Under the pieces are notes generated by a model that ran no database searches, was not told where the DNA came from, and worked only from the letters and a program-made list of their open reading frames with translations. Made by a program: the position numbers and the translations under genes. A stretch of DNA of 64,000 nucleotides, taken from Methanomassiliicoccaceae archaeon (lineage in GTDB: Archaea; Thermoplasmatota; Thermoplasmata; Methanomassiliicoccales; UBA472). Positions within the stretch are counted from its first letter, which is position 1, and the number at the start of each line of letters is the position of its first letter. Below, one piece after another: positions 42,060 to 52,700 of the stretch. The stretch is taken from contig CAWBKY010000006.1 of assembly GCA_963789555.1 (NCBI GenBank), positions 8,520 through 72,519 of the forward strand. Reading direction: 5' to 3'.

Positions 42060-44026
42060 TCATTCCGGGAGCTTCGGGCGACCCATGGCGGTGAAGCGCA
42101 GATCGACCCAATTGAGGAACTTCATCTCCTTGCCATATCCGTCCGGGAACTTCTTCTCCAGCACCTCCACCCTCACCTTCAGGTCCTCCAGGTTGTCCCG
42201 GGCCAGACGTTCCTTCACCACCCTGGTGCCATAGGAGCGGGCAGAGGACATGGCCTCCTCGAAATGCGAGTACTGCGAGGGCGAGGACATGGGGGCAAGG
42301 ACCACGTACTTGTCGCCGTAGGAGGTGACCTGCACCATGAAGGTCTCGGAGACGTAGCTTGAGACCGCCCCCACCGCGTTGCCTACCTCGTGGCCTTCCG
42401 GTACCATGACCGGGCTGGCCAAGCGACCCTCCAAGGGTTTGATGAAGTCCATCGCTGGGGCACCGATGCCCACGATGGGCCGGCCCAGGTCCATGCGGAA
42501 CCCCATGCCCTCGATGGACCCGTGGCCGCTCGCCGCCCTCAACAGTCGCTGGAACGCCTGCGCCATCGTTGAGGGAAGGCACCCGCGTCCATGATGGCCT
42601 TCTTGATGATCTCCTCCCCCACCCGGGTCACCATCATCTGCACGATCTGCTTGGCCAGCTCGTCCGGGCTCTCTCCTGCCCTCTCCGCCCAGAAACGTAT
42701 GCCGAATGTTCGCCGCCTCCTTATCCCCGGCCTCGTAGCGGCCAAGGTAATGCAGGGTGTCGGTCGGCGTCAGGCCGGTCTTCAGCAGGAAACCGCGCGA
42801 CTTCATCGATTCCAGCGTTTCCTGCAGCACCACATACTCGTTCTCCACTCCCTTGATGACATCGTAATAGGTGCTGGGTCCGTTCGTTTCGATGAACTCG
42901 TAGATGCGGCGCTCCTTGTCGGTTAGCTTACCCCTCTCGTGCTTAAGGGTCAGGTAGAGCTGCAGCTCTCCCTCATGGGCTATCTTCTCCCGGAAGCCAG
43001 GGTAACGGGCGGAGGCCATGGCCAGAGGGAGCACCCTCTCCGGCCCTATCAGCAGTCCCCTCCCTCTTGTCCAGTCGGACCAGGGAATCCCCACCCAGGC
43101 CGCAGGTCCAGATGTCGATGCCCTTGACCCGGGTGCGCCATTGTCCCACCACCGCCCCTTCGACGTTCAGGCGGGGGAAGCCCTCATCCAGGTAGGCGAT
43201 GTCGGTGGAAGTGCCACCCATGTCTATGACCAGGCAGTCCTCGATCCCCGCCAGGGCCTTTCCGCCCATGAGGCTGGCCGCCGGACCGGATAGCACCATC
43301 TCCACCGGTCTCTCTCGGGCCGTCTCCAGGCTCATCAGGCCCCCATCGCCCTTGAGGACGAACAATCTGGCCTTGATGCTCCCTGGCTCGAGCGACCGTT
43401 CGATGCTGTCCAAGAAATCCGCGATGACGTTGAGGAGCTTGGAGTTGAGGACCGCGGTCACGGTCCGCTCGAATATGCCCAGGTCGGCGGTGAAGCTCTG
43501 CCCCATGATTACGGGCAACCGGGTGAGGCGCCTCATCTCCTCCGCCGCCTGGATCTCCTGCCAACCGTTGCACACGCTGAACAGGCCAGAGACCACCAGC
43601 GCGTCCACATCCTCCGAGACCTCGAGGATGGCCCGCTCCAGCTCCTGAGGGTCCATCGGCTCCGACTGCCTGCCGATGGAATCGTAACCGCCTTTGATGA
43701 ATCGTTGATGCTTGACCCCGAAGCTCCATTCCGGGTCCGGCTTCCAGCCTATGCCGACGAGCCCGACCTCGCCTCCCTTGCCTTGCAAAAGGGAGTTGGT
43801 GGCCAAGGTGGTGGAAATGCCGACCATCTTGATGGCGGAGGGCTCGATCTCACCCTGTTCCAGGACAATGTCGATGGCGGAGCTGATCCCTTCCGCGAGG
43901 TCGTCATAGGTGGTCGGGCTCTTCCCTTTGGCTAACGATGCCGTTACTATCCAGGTCCAACAGCACCGCGTCCGTGAACGTCCCGCCGGTATCGATGCCC
44001 AGGCCGACCTTCCTTGCCATCGCCAT
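42060..44026 (-). CDS. Hydantoinase-A/oxoprolinase-family (ASKHA-fold) ATPase-like protein, paralogue A, with internal winged-helix-like insert (about 4 frame changes)
   Basis: MAMARKVGLGIDTGGTFTDAVLLD (phosphate-1 motif). Also ISTTLATNSLLQGKG, VLSGPAASLMGG, LVIDMGGTSTDIA and GLGGDS. The insert reads DKERRIYEFIETNGPSTYYDVI...LLKTGLTPTD. The C-terminal part has PIVGIGAPA. Pieces lie in ORFs 42973-44211, 42060-43094 and 42539-42745. Confidence 0.65.
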
Positions 44027-44268
44027 GCTGGCAAAGTAAACTGCCAGTTCCTATTTATCATTCGTCCCAGAAAGAATGCCCTCATCAAATCTGGGACAAG
44101 GTTCAGTATGGGTGAGGGGTTACCATCCTTGCCATGCGGCCCAGATGCCTCACCATTTCGGTTCGCCAATCGGAGAGCGGCACCAATAATTATTTTGAAC
44201 CCTCTCAACATTCATCGAACGGATGCCCAGGCATGGCCATGACCCGGTTTTTGACAGGAGGTCCCTGA

Positions 44269-44928
44269 ATGGTGGAGGATAAGGCCGCCATATTCCGAGG
44301 ACTGGAACGTGCCGTCATCTCCGGCAAGAGGGACCTGGCCATCAAGCATGCCAAGCGGGTCATCAAGGACGGGCTGGACCCGGTGGAGGCGATCGAGCAA
44401 GGCCTGGTCAAGGGCATGAACGTCATCGGCGACCGGTATGCCCACCGTGAGATATTCCTACCCCAGGTGCTTCTTGCCTCAGACTCCATGTATGGGGCTC
44501 TGGACATGCTCTTGCCATTGATCCCCAAGGACAACCACAAGGCGGCCGGGCGGGTCTTGATCGGGGTGGTGGAGGGCGATGTGCATGACATCGGCAAGAA
44601 CCTGGTCAAGACCATGCTGGTCGCCGCTGGCTTCAGGGTATATGACTTGGGCCGGGACCAACCGGAGGATGCCTTCGCGAAGGGGGTAAGACGATACAAG
44701 GCGGACATCGTGGCCATGTCGACACTTATGACCCCGACCATGGACAGCATGAAGACGGTGATCGATACCCTGGTGGAGGAAGGTTTGCGTCAAGATGTCA
44801 AGGTCATAATCGGAGGCGCGCCGACGTCGCAGGAGTTCGCCCTGGAGATCGGAGCGGACCTGCATGGCATGAACGCCCAACGAGGCGGTCAAGAAGCTGA
44901 AATGATCATTCAACGGTCCTTGAAATAG
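44269..44928 (+). CDS. Corrinoid (cobalamin-binding) protein of the methyltransferase-associated MtaC/MtbC/MttC type
   Basis: Intact 219 aa. A helical cap domain is followed by a Rossmann B12 domain with the DxHxxG motif (VEGDVHDIGKNLV) and MSTLMT...VIIGGAP. AGGAGG lies about 8 nt upstream of the ATG. Confidence 0.8.
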   Translation: MVEDKAAIFRGLERAVISGKRDLAIKHAKRVIKDGLDPVEAIEQGLVKGMNVIGDRYAHREIFLPQVLLASDSMYGALDMLLPLIPKDNHKAAGRVLIGVVEGDVHDIGKNLVKTMLVAAGFRVYDLGRDQPEDAFAKGVRRYKADIVAMSTLMTPTMDSMKTVIDTLVEEGLRQDVKVIIGGAPTSQEFALEIGADLHGMNAQRGGQEAEMIIQRSLK

Positions 44929-45575
44929 TTCTCCAGGAGGTTGCGCTCACCCCGCTTGACGATCTCGTCAACGGTGGCAGGGTTCATGCCACAGAGCATC
45001 GGCCAGCTCCTTCAGTTTGATACGGCGGGGATAATCGAAATAACCTCTTTGCAAGCGCCAACCTCAGCACCATCTCCTGCTTGGCCGTCATGGCGCTCTG
45101 GTTGTCCAACCGGTTGATCTTGCATATGTCCACGGCCGATGCCCTTTTCGCTCAGGGACTTGATGAGGCGGGGCAAGGAGCCCTCACTTCCAGAAAGGAC
45201 CTTGATGAACGAGCTTGCCATCGCCATTGCACCAGGCCTTGCTGAGGTAGCAGCCGCAATCGACGATCTTCCATATCCAGGAGCATTCCTTCATGGCGAT
45301 GGAGCCCAAATATTGGGTCGAGAGTGTCGGAGACGTTCTCCACGCTGACGATGTCCGTCCGGGAGCGGATGCTCTCGACCATTTCATCGATGTTCACATC
45401 GCCCAGCTCGATGCTGAACAGTGCCTGACCACCCATTCTTCTTCCAGGGTATGCACTCGGTGATGGTGATCGCCGTTTCGTAACGACCAGCGATCTCCAC
45501 CAACCAGAAGTTGGAACCTTGCAGGGAGAAGGCAGCCTCCATCATGAACATGCAAGGGCTTATCGGGGCATCCAT
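44910..45575 (-). CDS. Bat-type HTH regulator, paralogue of 36262-36915 (at least 4 frame changes)
   Basis: Fragments in ORFs 45384-45575, 45152-45436, 45184-45387 and 45012-45227. The reconstructed C-terminus MTAKQEMVLRLALQRGYFDYPRRIKLKELA...TVDEIVKRGERNLLENYFKDR* mirrors the intact paralogue. The reconstruction is rough. Confidence 0.45.
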
Positions 45576-45889
45576 TTGAAATAACTATTGGGCTAGGTTC
45601 AATGCCGTTAATCATGCTGGGTGAGTTTTCGACTGTCTGATTTACGACATGTATTTCTGGGATTAGTTTGAATCTGAACAGAATTACGCTGGGCTGCCAT
45701 ATACCTCCCCTTTGAAAAGCCAATTTGATGATGATCACGAGCAATGGACCTCGCATCGCCATTTCATAACTGGGTACAAGCGCATGGGCATCGACCTTTG
45801 GAGATGAAAGCGTTCCAATGAGCGGACCAAGCCGGTCGGGGGCTGGGTATCGAACAAATGTTATGGAGGGAGGACGGTTGAGGCCGAGC

Positions 45890-47912
45890 ATGGAAGGAAA
45901 TGGAGACCTGGGCTTGGGGATCGACACTGGTGGCACATACACCGATGCCGCGATATTGCGCATGGCGGACGGAAAGGTGCTGAGCAAGTCCAAGGCCCTC
46001 ACCACCCGCCACGATCTGGCCGAGGGCATCGGCAATGCGATCGAGATGCTGGACCACTGCGCTCTTCAAGCAGATCCGCCTGGTGGCGATATCCTCCACC
46101 CTGGCCACCAACTCGGTGGTGGAGGGCAAGGGATGCCGGGTCGGCCTCATCGTGATCGGCAACGACCCCCCGGCCAACATCCCGGTGGACGAGATGCTCG
46201 TGGTCCGAGGGGGACATAACCTCCAGGGGGATGAGAAGGCCCCACTGGACGTACGACATGGTCCGCACTTTCATCGAGGCGGTCAAGAACAAGGTGGACG
46301 GCTTCGCGGTCTCCTCCTATCTGAGCGTGCGCAACCCGGAGCACGAGGTCGCGGTCAAGGCCATGGTGCAGTCGATGACCAAGCACCCGGTGGTCTGCGG
46401 CCACGAGCTCTCCTCCGCCCTCGGTTTCAACGAGCGCACCATCACGGCGGTGCTCAACGCCCGCCTCATCCCCATCATCGCCGACCTCATCGCCTCGCTG
46501 AAGCGGGTGCAGGACCGGATGGACATCAGGGCCCCGTTGATGATCGTGAAGGGCGACGGTTCGTTGATGGACGAGTCAGTGGCGAAGGAGCGGCCGGTCG
46601 AGACCATATTGTCCGGGCCGGCCGCCTCCATCATCGGGGCCAAGGCCCTTACCGGATTGCAGGACGCCATCATCATCGACGTCGGTGGCACCACCACCGA
46701 CATCGGCATCCTCCGTGACGGCAGGCCCAGGCTGGACCCGGAAGGGGCCGTGCTGGGCGGCTGGAGGACCCGGGTCAAGGCGGTCGACGCCTTCACCTCG
46801 GGCATTGGCGGGGACTCGCGCATCGTGGTGGCCAGGAACCGCGTCCACCTCACCTCGCTTCGCGTCATCCCGCTTTGCATCGCCTCCACGACCTATCCTG
46901 CGGTCAAGAAGAAGCTGGAGGCCATGCGTGGCGACAGCAAGTGGGTGCCGCCCTATATGGAGATAGAGGCGGTGCCGCAGATGACCGAGTTCTATATCTT
47001 CTGCAAGGATGTCGTCGGCCCAGAGGTCAGCCCGGACCAGGAGCGCATCCTGAACATGGTCAGGGAAGAGCCAATGACCATCTATGAGATCGCGGAGAAG
47101 CTGGACACCCACCCCCTATCCTTGAACCTGAGGAAGATGGAGGACCTGGGCATGGTGCTGCGCATCGGCCTGACCCCCACCGACATCTTGCACGCCGAGG
47201 GCTCCTATGTCCATTACGACGCCACCGCGTCCAAGCTGGGCGTGGAGATCCAGTCCAGCCTATTGGAAATGCCGGAGTCTGAGCTCATCGCCCAGGTGAA
47301 GGCACATGGTCATGGAGAAGATCGCCACCGAGGTGCTCAAGAAGCTGGTCATGGAGAACATCGGCGATTCCAAGCTGGACCAGGTCGGCTCCGCTCTGGT
47401 CAACGACGTGGTCAAGGGCGCTTCGAGGCGCGACTTCACCTGCAAGCTGGCCGTCAACAAGCCCCTGATCGGCATCGGTGCGCCGGTCGCAGCATACCTG
47501 CCTTTGGTCGCGGAGAGGTTCCAGACAAGGCTCGTCCTGCCCGAGCACTCCGAGGTGGGGAACGCGGCGGGAGCGATATCGGGCAACATCATGGAGACCG
47601 TGGAGATGCTCATCAAGCCCAAGAAGGGGATGGGCGTCATGGACAACCCTCCCTGCACGCTTGTTCTGGATGGCGGAGCGGAGGGACTTCGAGACGCTGA
47701 CCGAGGCCCTGGACTATGCCAAGGGCCATGGTTCATCCATCGCCAGGGAGAAGGCCCTGGCCTCCGGGGCGGACACGGTGGAGGTCGTAGTGGAGAACCA
47801 CCGCAAGGAGGCCAAGATGGAGAAGGGTTGGGGCGAGGCCATCCTGCTCGAGGTGAACCTTACCATCACCGGTGTGGGGAAGCCCCGTCTCTATTACGAA
47901 GGAAAACACTAA
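45890..47912 (+). CDS. Hydantoinase-A/oxoprolinase-family (ASKHA-fold) ATPase-like protein, paralogue B (about 4-5 frame changes)
   Basis: MEGNGDLGLGIDTGGTYTDAAIL, ISSTLATNSVVEGKG, ILSGPAASIIGA, IIIDVGGTTTDIG and GIGGDS. The insert reads DQERILNMVREEPMTIYEIAEKL...VLRIGLTPTD. Also PLIGIGAPVAAYLP. The tail ends ...NLTITGVGKPRLYYEGKH*. Pieces lie in ORFs 45818-46219, 46035-46718, 46231-47700, 47306-48088 and 47478-47912. Confidence 0.65.
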
Positions 47913-47989
47913 AGAAAATTATCGCTGGGGGACGCGAGGTCCCCCTGCCTCCTTTTAATCGACGGCAACGAGCGAATCGCTTCGGCCGC

Positions 47990-49211
47990 TCACATCTTGG
48001 CCAGGTTCACCTGTTCGAGCGTCTGCTCGATCTCCGCCGCCAGTTGCGGGGGCAGACCCGCGGATGCCCACGTCCAGGAAGCCCTTGACGATGATGCCGA
48101 TCGCCTCCTCCTCTGTCAGTCCCCGGGACATGAGGTACTCCACCTGGTCCTGGGCGATCTTGCCCACGGCCGCCTCATGGGTCATCTCCACGTCGGGCAC
48201 CCTTGCCTCCAGCTCCGGGATGGCGATCTGGATCCCCTTGTCGCTCAGGATGAGGCCCTTGCATTCCAAGTGCCCTTTGACCCCTGACGCAGCACCGACC
48301 ATCTGGCCGCGGGCGATGACCACGCCGCCGGTGGTGATGGTGCGGGAGGTTATCTCGGCTCGGCAGCCAGGGGCGTTCATCAAAACCCTGGAGCCCATGT
48401 CCATCTCGCTGCCCGGATGGGCGATGGCCACCGTGTTGAAGACGCAGACCCCGTTCTTGCCCTCCATCTTGCAGGTGGGATAGGTCTGGATGCTCTTCAC
48501 CGGCCTCAGTGCCACATAGTTGTTGATGAAGGTGGCGCCCTCGTCCATGATGATCACGGTGCGCGGCCGTACCCCTATGGTCTCGGACCAGTTGTGCACC
48601 ATGGTGAAGGTCAGCTTGGCGTTCTTCTTGAGGTAGAACTCGCTGATGCCCAGGTGCAGCGACGCGTCCACATGCTTGCTGGTGCTGCATCCGGTGATGA
48701 CCTCCAGCTCCGCGCCCTCCTCCACGATGATGATGTTATGCACCGTCTGGGCGGAGCCCTTGCTCTTGAGCATGAGGCAGGTCTGCACGGGCATGCTGAC
48801 CTTCTGTCCGGGCAAGGCATGGATGAAGTATCCGTCCGCCTCCTCCAGGAACGCCCTGGCGGTGTACTTGTCCGCGTCCGGCGCGACCGCCTTCCAGCTG
48901 TATTGCTCCAACCAGTCGTGGACCTTGAGCGCCTTCTGCACGCTCATGACCTCCACGCCGGAACCTAGCTGGGAGGAATGCACCATGGTGTTGTCCATGA
49001 GCACGAAGCTGCCGGAACGGCCTTCCTGGTTCGGCACCACGCCCACCTTCAGCAGGGTCTTCTGGTCCTCCTGCTTCAGTTTGGCCAGGTCGGATACCTT
49101 CTCCAGGTCCTGCCTCGCCTTGCCATACTTCTCCAGGTCGATGTCAGAACCGAAAGCGGCCTTCTTCTCGACCGCCGCCTCGGCCTTCTTCTTCGTCTCG
49201 GACTGGCTCAT
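47990..49211 (-). CDS. sufB: Fe-S cluster assembly protein SufB (one frameshift near 48060)
   Basis: THEAAVGKIAQDQVEYLMSRGLTEEEAIGIIVKGFL and upstream beta-helix repeats. The corrected tail reads ...GLPPQLAAEIEQTLEQVNLAKM*. Confidence 0.85.
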
Positions 49212-49212
49212 C

Positions 49213-49986
49213 TCAAGCCTCCGTTACGCTGATGGGCTCGGCCTTCTTCCGCTTCAATTTGCAGCTGATGCACTCGTCATATCCTTTGGACCGGATCTCG
49301 TGCAGCAGCTCGCGTGGGTTGCCCATGCAGGCGATGGTGCCCTTGCACATGACGTAACCGCGGTCCGCCTCCACATAGTCCAATATCTGGCCGGTGTGGG
49401 TGATGACCAGGGCGGCCTTGCCGGTCTGGCCCCTGCTCCCGGCGCATGAGGTGCCCCGGATGAGGTCGTGTATCTTGTGCCCCACCTTTTGGATGGAGAC
49501 CATGTCCACCCCGGACTCGGGCTCGTCGAGCATCACCAGGCAGGGGTTCTGCGCCTCCAGCTGCATCAGCTCCGAACGCTTGATCTCCCCGCCGCTGAAA
49601 CCGACATTGACGTCGCGCTGCAGGAATGTGGTCAGGTCCAGGTCCTTGGCCAGGGCCTGCGGGTCCACCCGGTCGTGGCTCATGACCTTGACCAAGCTGC
49701 CTAACTTGACCCCGACCAGGTTGGGCGGGCGTTGCATCATCAGACCGATGCCCTTCTTGGCCCGGTCGGAGACGGGGACATTGGTTATGTCCTCACCATT
49801 GAACAGGATGCGGCCTTTGGTGATCTTGTAACCGCTGAAACCCATGATGGTCATGAGCAAGGTGGACTTGCCCGAGCCGTTCGGTCCGAAGAGAACGTTG
49901 GTATATCCTGCCATAACGGAGAGGTTCACATCATGCAGAACCTCCTTTCCCCCCACCTCGACGGAGAGGTCCTCGATCTCCAGCAT
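49213..49986 (-). CDS. sufC: Fe-S cluster assembly ATPase SufC
   Basis: From the ATG at 49986: MLEIEDLSVEVGGKEVLHDVNLSV..GPNGSGKSTL, FSGGEIKR and LVMLDEPESGVD. The raw ORF extends to 50337, but that extension has no SufC-like sequence. Confidence 0.85.
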   Translation of the reverse strand: MLEIEDLSVEVGGKEVLHDVNLSVMAGYTNVLFGPNGSGKSTLLMTIMGFSGYKITKGRILFNGEDITNVPVSDRAKKGIGLMMQRPPNLVGVKLGSLVKVMSHDRVDPQALAKDLDLTTFLQRDVNVGFSGGEIKRSELMQLEAQNPCLVMLDEPESGVDMVSIQKVGHKIHDLIRGTSCAGSRGQTGKAALVITHTGQILDYVEADRGYVMCKGTIACMGNPRELLHEIRSKGYDECISCKLKRKKAEPISVTEA

Positions 49987-50095
49987 CTTAAAGCACCTGG
50001 TGGCCCATTCAATCCGAACCAATATAACCTTTCGCCCCGCTTGCGGGTAAAGGCAGATATCCGATGAGCCCCATCTTGGAACATCGTGGTGAGCG

Positions 50096-51207
50096 TTGAG
50101 GGGCTGCGACGTTCTTGTGGTCGGAGGCGGGCCGGCCGGCCTAGCGGTGGCCGAGAGGCTGGGCAAAGAGGGAAGACAGGTCGTCCTGGTGGAGAGGTCT
50201 GTCCAATTGGGCGGAAGGCTGAGGCACCTGGGCAAGGTGTACCCGGACCTGATGCCAGGGCCTGAGCTGTCGGAACGGTTGGCCCATTCGCTAGAGCAGA
50301 CGGCGAACGTGACCGTGATGAACGGATGCGACGTCACTGGACATTTCCAATGCTGAAGGGGGTTTCACCGCCATCGTGGAGGGAGAGGGAACGGTGGAGA
50401 TATCTGCCAAGGCGGTCGTGCTCGCCACCGGTCTGGACCCCATCGATGTCGGTATGATACCGGAGTTCGGCCATGGGCGCTATCCCGATGTCATCACCTC
50501 TCTGGAACTGGAGGAGATGTTCAAGGACTTCGACCCGGTGGGGGTGAGACGACCCAGCGACGGCAAGGTGCCCAAGAACGTGGTCTTCATCCAATGCGTA
50601 GGCTCCAGGGTGGAGACGCGCGGGGTGAGCTATTGCAGCACCATCTGCTGCCTCAACGCCATCAAGAACGCCACCTTGATACGGAAGGCGCTGCCCCAGG
50701 TCCAATGCTATCGTCCTCTACATCGACGTCCGCACCCATGGGCGCGGTTACGAGCGGGCGTACAAGGAGGCCAGGGCGAACGGCGTCCGATTCATCCGGG
50801 GTCAACCCTCTCTCGTCCGGGCCACGCCTGACGGGAAGCTGCTGGTGGGCGGGGAGAACACCCTGCTGCAGGAGCTGTACGAGATCGATGCCGGCCTGGT
50901 GGTCCTTAGCGTCGGCCTGCAGGTCCCTAACTCCACCAGGAAGCTATTGGGGATGTTGGGCATCGGAACGGACATGGAATCATTGGTCCCGGTCCTGGAC
51001 CGAGCGCTCCATCCCTGCGAGACGATGAAGAAGGGGGTTTTCCTGGCCGGGTCGGTGGAGTCCCCCAAGGACATCCGGGATTCGCTGCTCCACGCCAATG
51101 CTTGCGCCACCGCTGTGGGCGAGTTTCTGGACGGTCAAGGCTTGAGTTGGAACGAAGCGGATGGTGACGCCGCTCCCCCTCGTCCTTCGCCTCTTTCTCC
51201 TTGGTGA
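50096..51207 (+). CDS. HdrA-like FAD-dependent oxidoreductase, thioredoxin-reductase-like core only (2-3 frame changes; end uncertain)
   Basis: DVLVVGGGPAGLAVAERL...VVLVERS.QLGG. Also GHGRYPDVITSLELEEMF...PSDGKVPKNVVFIQCVGSRVETRGVSYCSTICCLNAIKNATLIRK, GVRFIRGQPS and GVFLAGSVESPKDIRDSLLHANA. An alternative stop is at 51143-51145. The ORF end overlaps the convergent gene. Confidence 0.65.
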
Positions 51208-51644
51208 CGTTCTCTCCCAGCATATCGATGGGGGTCATCGACCGCCCGGAAGATGTTGCCATCGCGGTCCTGGAAAATGACCATGACCCCGCCCCAAGGC
51301 TGCCTCTCCGGTTTGAGCAGGAACTCCACCCCCTCGTCCACCAGGCGCCGGTGCAGCTCGAACACGCTGTCCGTCGCGAAGACCACGCCCGTGTCCCCTC
51401 CGGGCTGCCTTTTCTCGCCCGGCCCTGGGACATAAAGCTCCAATCTTCCCAGCGGGTCGTCCGCCCCCAGGACGGCTCGGCCGTTCCTGCGGTCATCCAC
51501 CTGCAATGCCAGACCGAACGAGTCCTGGTAGAAATCGATGGCATCATCAAGGTCCTTGACCGGTACCCGGGTGGTCCAGACTCGTTTCAGCGTCCCCCGG
51601 CCCAGGTCATAGAGCTCGCTCCCCATCGGGTCCCCGATCGGCAT
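51135..51644 (-). CDS. VOC (glyoxalase/bleomycin-resistance/dioxygenase) superfamily protein
   Basis: VPVKDLDDAIDFYQDSFGL...TGVVFATDSVFELHRRLVDEGVEFLLKPERQPWGGVMVIFQDRDGNIF. The C-terminal 35 aa are low complexity and may be out of frame. Confidence 0.6.
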   Translation of the reverse strand: MPIGDPMGSELYDLGRGTLKRVWTTRVPVKDLDDAIDFYQDSFGLALQVDDRRNGRAVLGADDPLGRLELYVPGPGEKRQPGGDTGVVFATDSVFELHRRLVDEGVEFLLKPERQPWGGVMVIFQDRDGNIFRAVDDPHRYAGRERHQGERGEGRGGAASPSASFQLKP

Positions 51645-51688
51645 GCGGGAAAGGGATGCCTTTGTCCGCTATTAATGGATTCCAGCGC

Positions 51689-52690
51689 TCACAGGAGTTC
51701 CAGCAGGTCGTCCAGAGGCGCATACGTGATCCTCGGCCCTCTCCCGTTCATGCACTTGCACAGCCTAGGGCCGTTCGTGAGGACCTTGGCCGACCGGTCC
51801 ATGCCTAACAAAGGGCAAGAGTCACAGCATGCTTCACCGAACTTCTCCAGCACCATAGCGGGTCGGGGGGATTTGTCCCAAGCGAGTTGAGAGGTGAGGA
51901 ACAGGACCCGGGCTTGGCCTCGCGGTCTTCTCCCCTCGAGGGCTCGGGCGGTCCGGATCAGTTCCTTCTCGGAAAGATGGGGGCAGCCAATGACAATGGT
52001 GTCCGGGTCGTCCTGGGTAGGGAGGGAATCCTTCCAGTCATCGATGATCTCGTCGTTCACCTCGATCCTCTCAGAGATGCTGCTCCTATCGATGCCTTTC
52101 GACATCAAGGTGGAACCGTTCGGTCGTTGAAGCTATCGCGGCACTGATGGACTTGGCCCCGGAGAGGTCCGGCCTTATCCCGGACAATAACGGCGGCCTG
52201 CCCTTGCACAGATCGGCGACCAATCCGCCGAGCAAGGACGGTTCGACCTTGCATCCCGGTTCGAACGCTAGCTCGACCGAGGGATGCTGGTCGTCACGAA
52301 TCCTCGAACAAATCTTCCTGGGCCATGACCGGTGCGGGCCGCTTCCAAGGCGGTCGCCGCATCGACGTGACTGGCATGGCATCCGACGATCGAATTGAGA
52401 TAGCATGCGACGCTGGCACTTCCACATACCACCTTTTCTCCCCGCTGGAAGACCATCCCGCTCAGGTAGGGGGTGCAGGTCCGTATCGGGAATGGGACCA
52501 ACGAACTTGCCCCGTTCCCTTTCCCTAATGGGCAAGCATCCTTCGGTGGGATTGATGGATGTAGGGACCGCGTTACTTGACTCCCTTCATCGAGCGACGG
52601 ATCTAGTAAAGGGAGGGCCGAACTGGGCAGATGGACCCGGGCCACATCGGACCATCTTGGAATCCATCGCTTCTCACCTGACATGGCCAA
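51689..52690 (-). CDS. Aconitase X catalytic-domain (DUF521) protein (at least 3 frame changes)
   Basis: Fragments: IRTCTPYLSG...YLNSIVGC... (52268-52690); GAKSISAAIAS...FHLDVE (52086-52535); DPDTIVIGCPHLSEKELIRTARALEGRR...VLFLTSQ...CDSCPLL (51689-52108). The order and motifs fit DUF521. At about 334 aa the total is short for the family, so the N-terminus is unresolved. Confidence 0.55.
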
Positions 52691-52700
52691 TGACGAGGTC

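Noticed and set aside
49213-50337. A 117-aa N-terminal extension on sufC
   Set aside because: The extension has no SufC similarity and is Pro/Ser/Thr/Arg-rich. It also overlaps the divergent HdrA-like gene. The conserved SufC N-terminus begins at the ATG at 49986.
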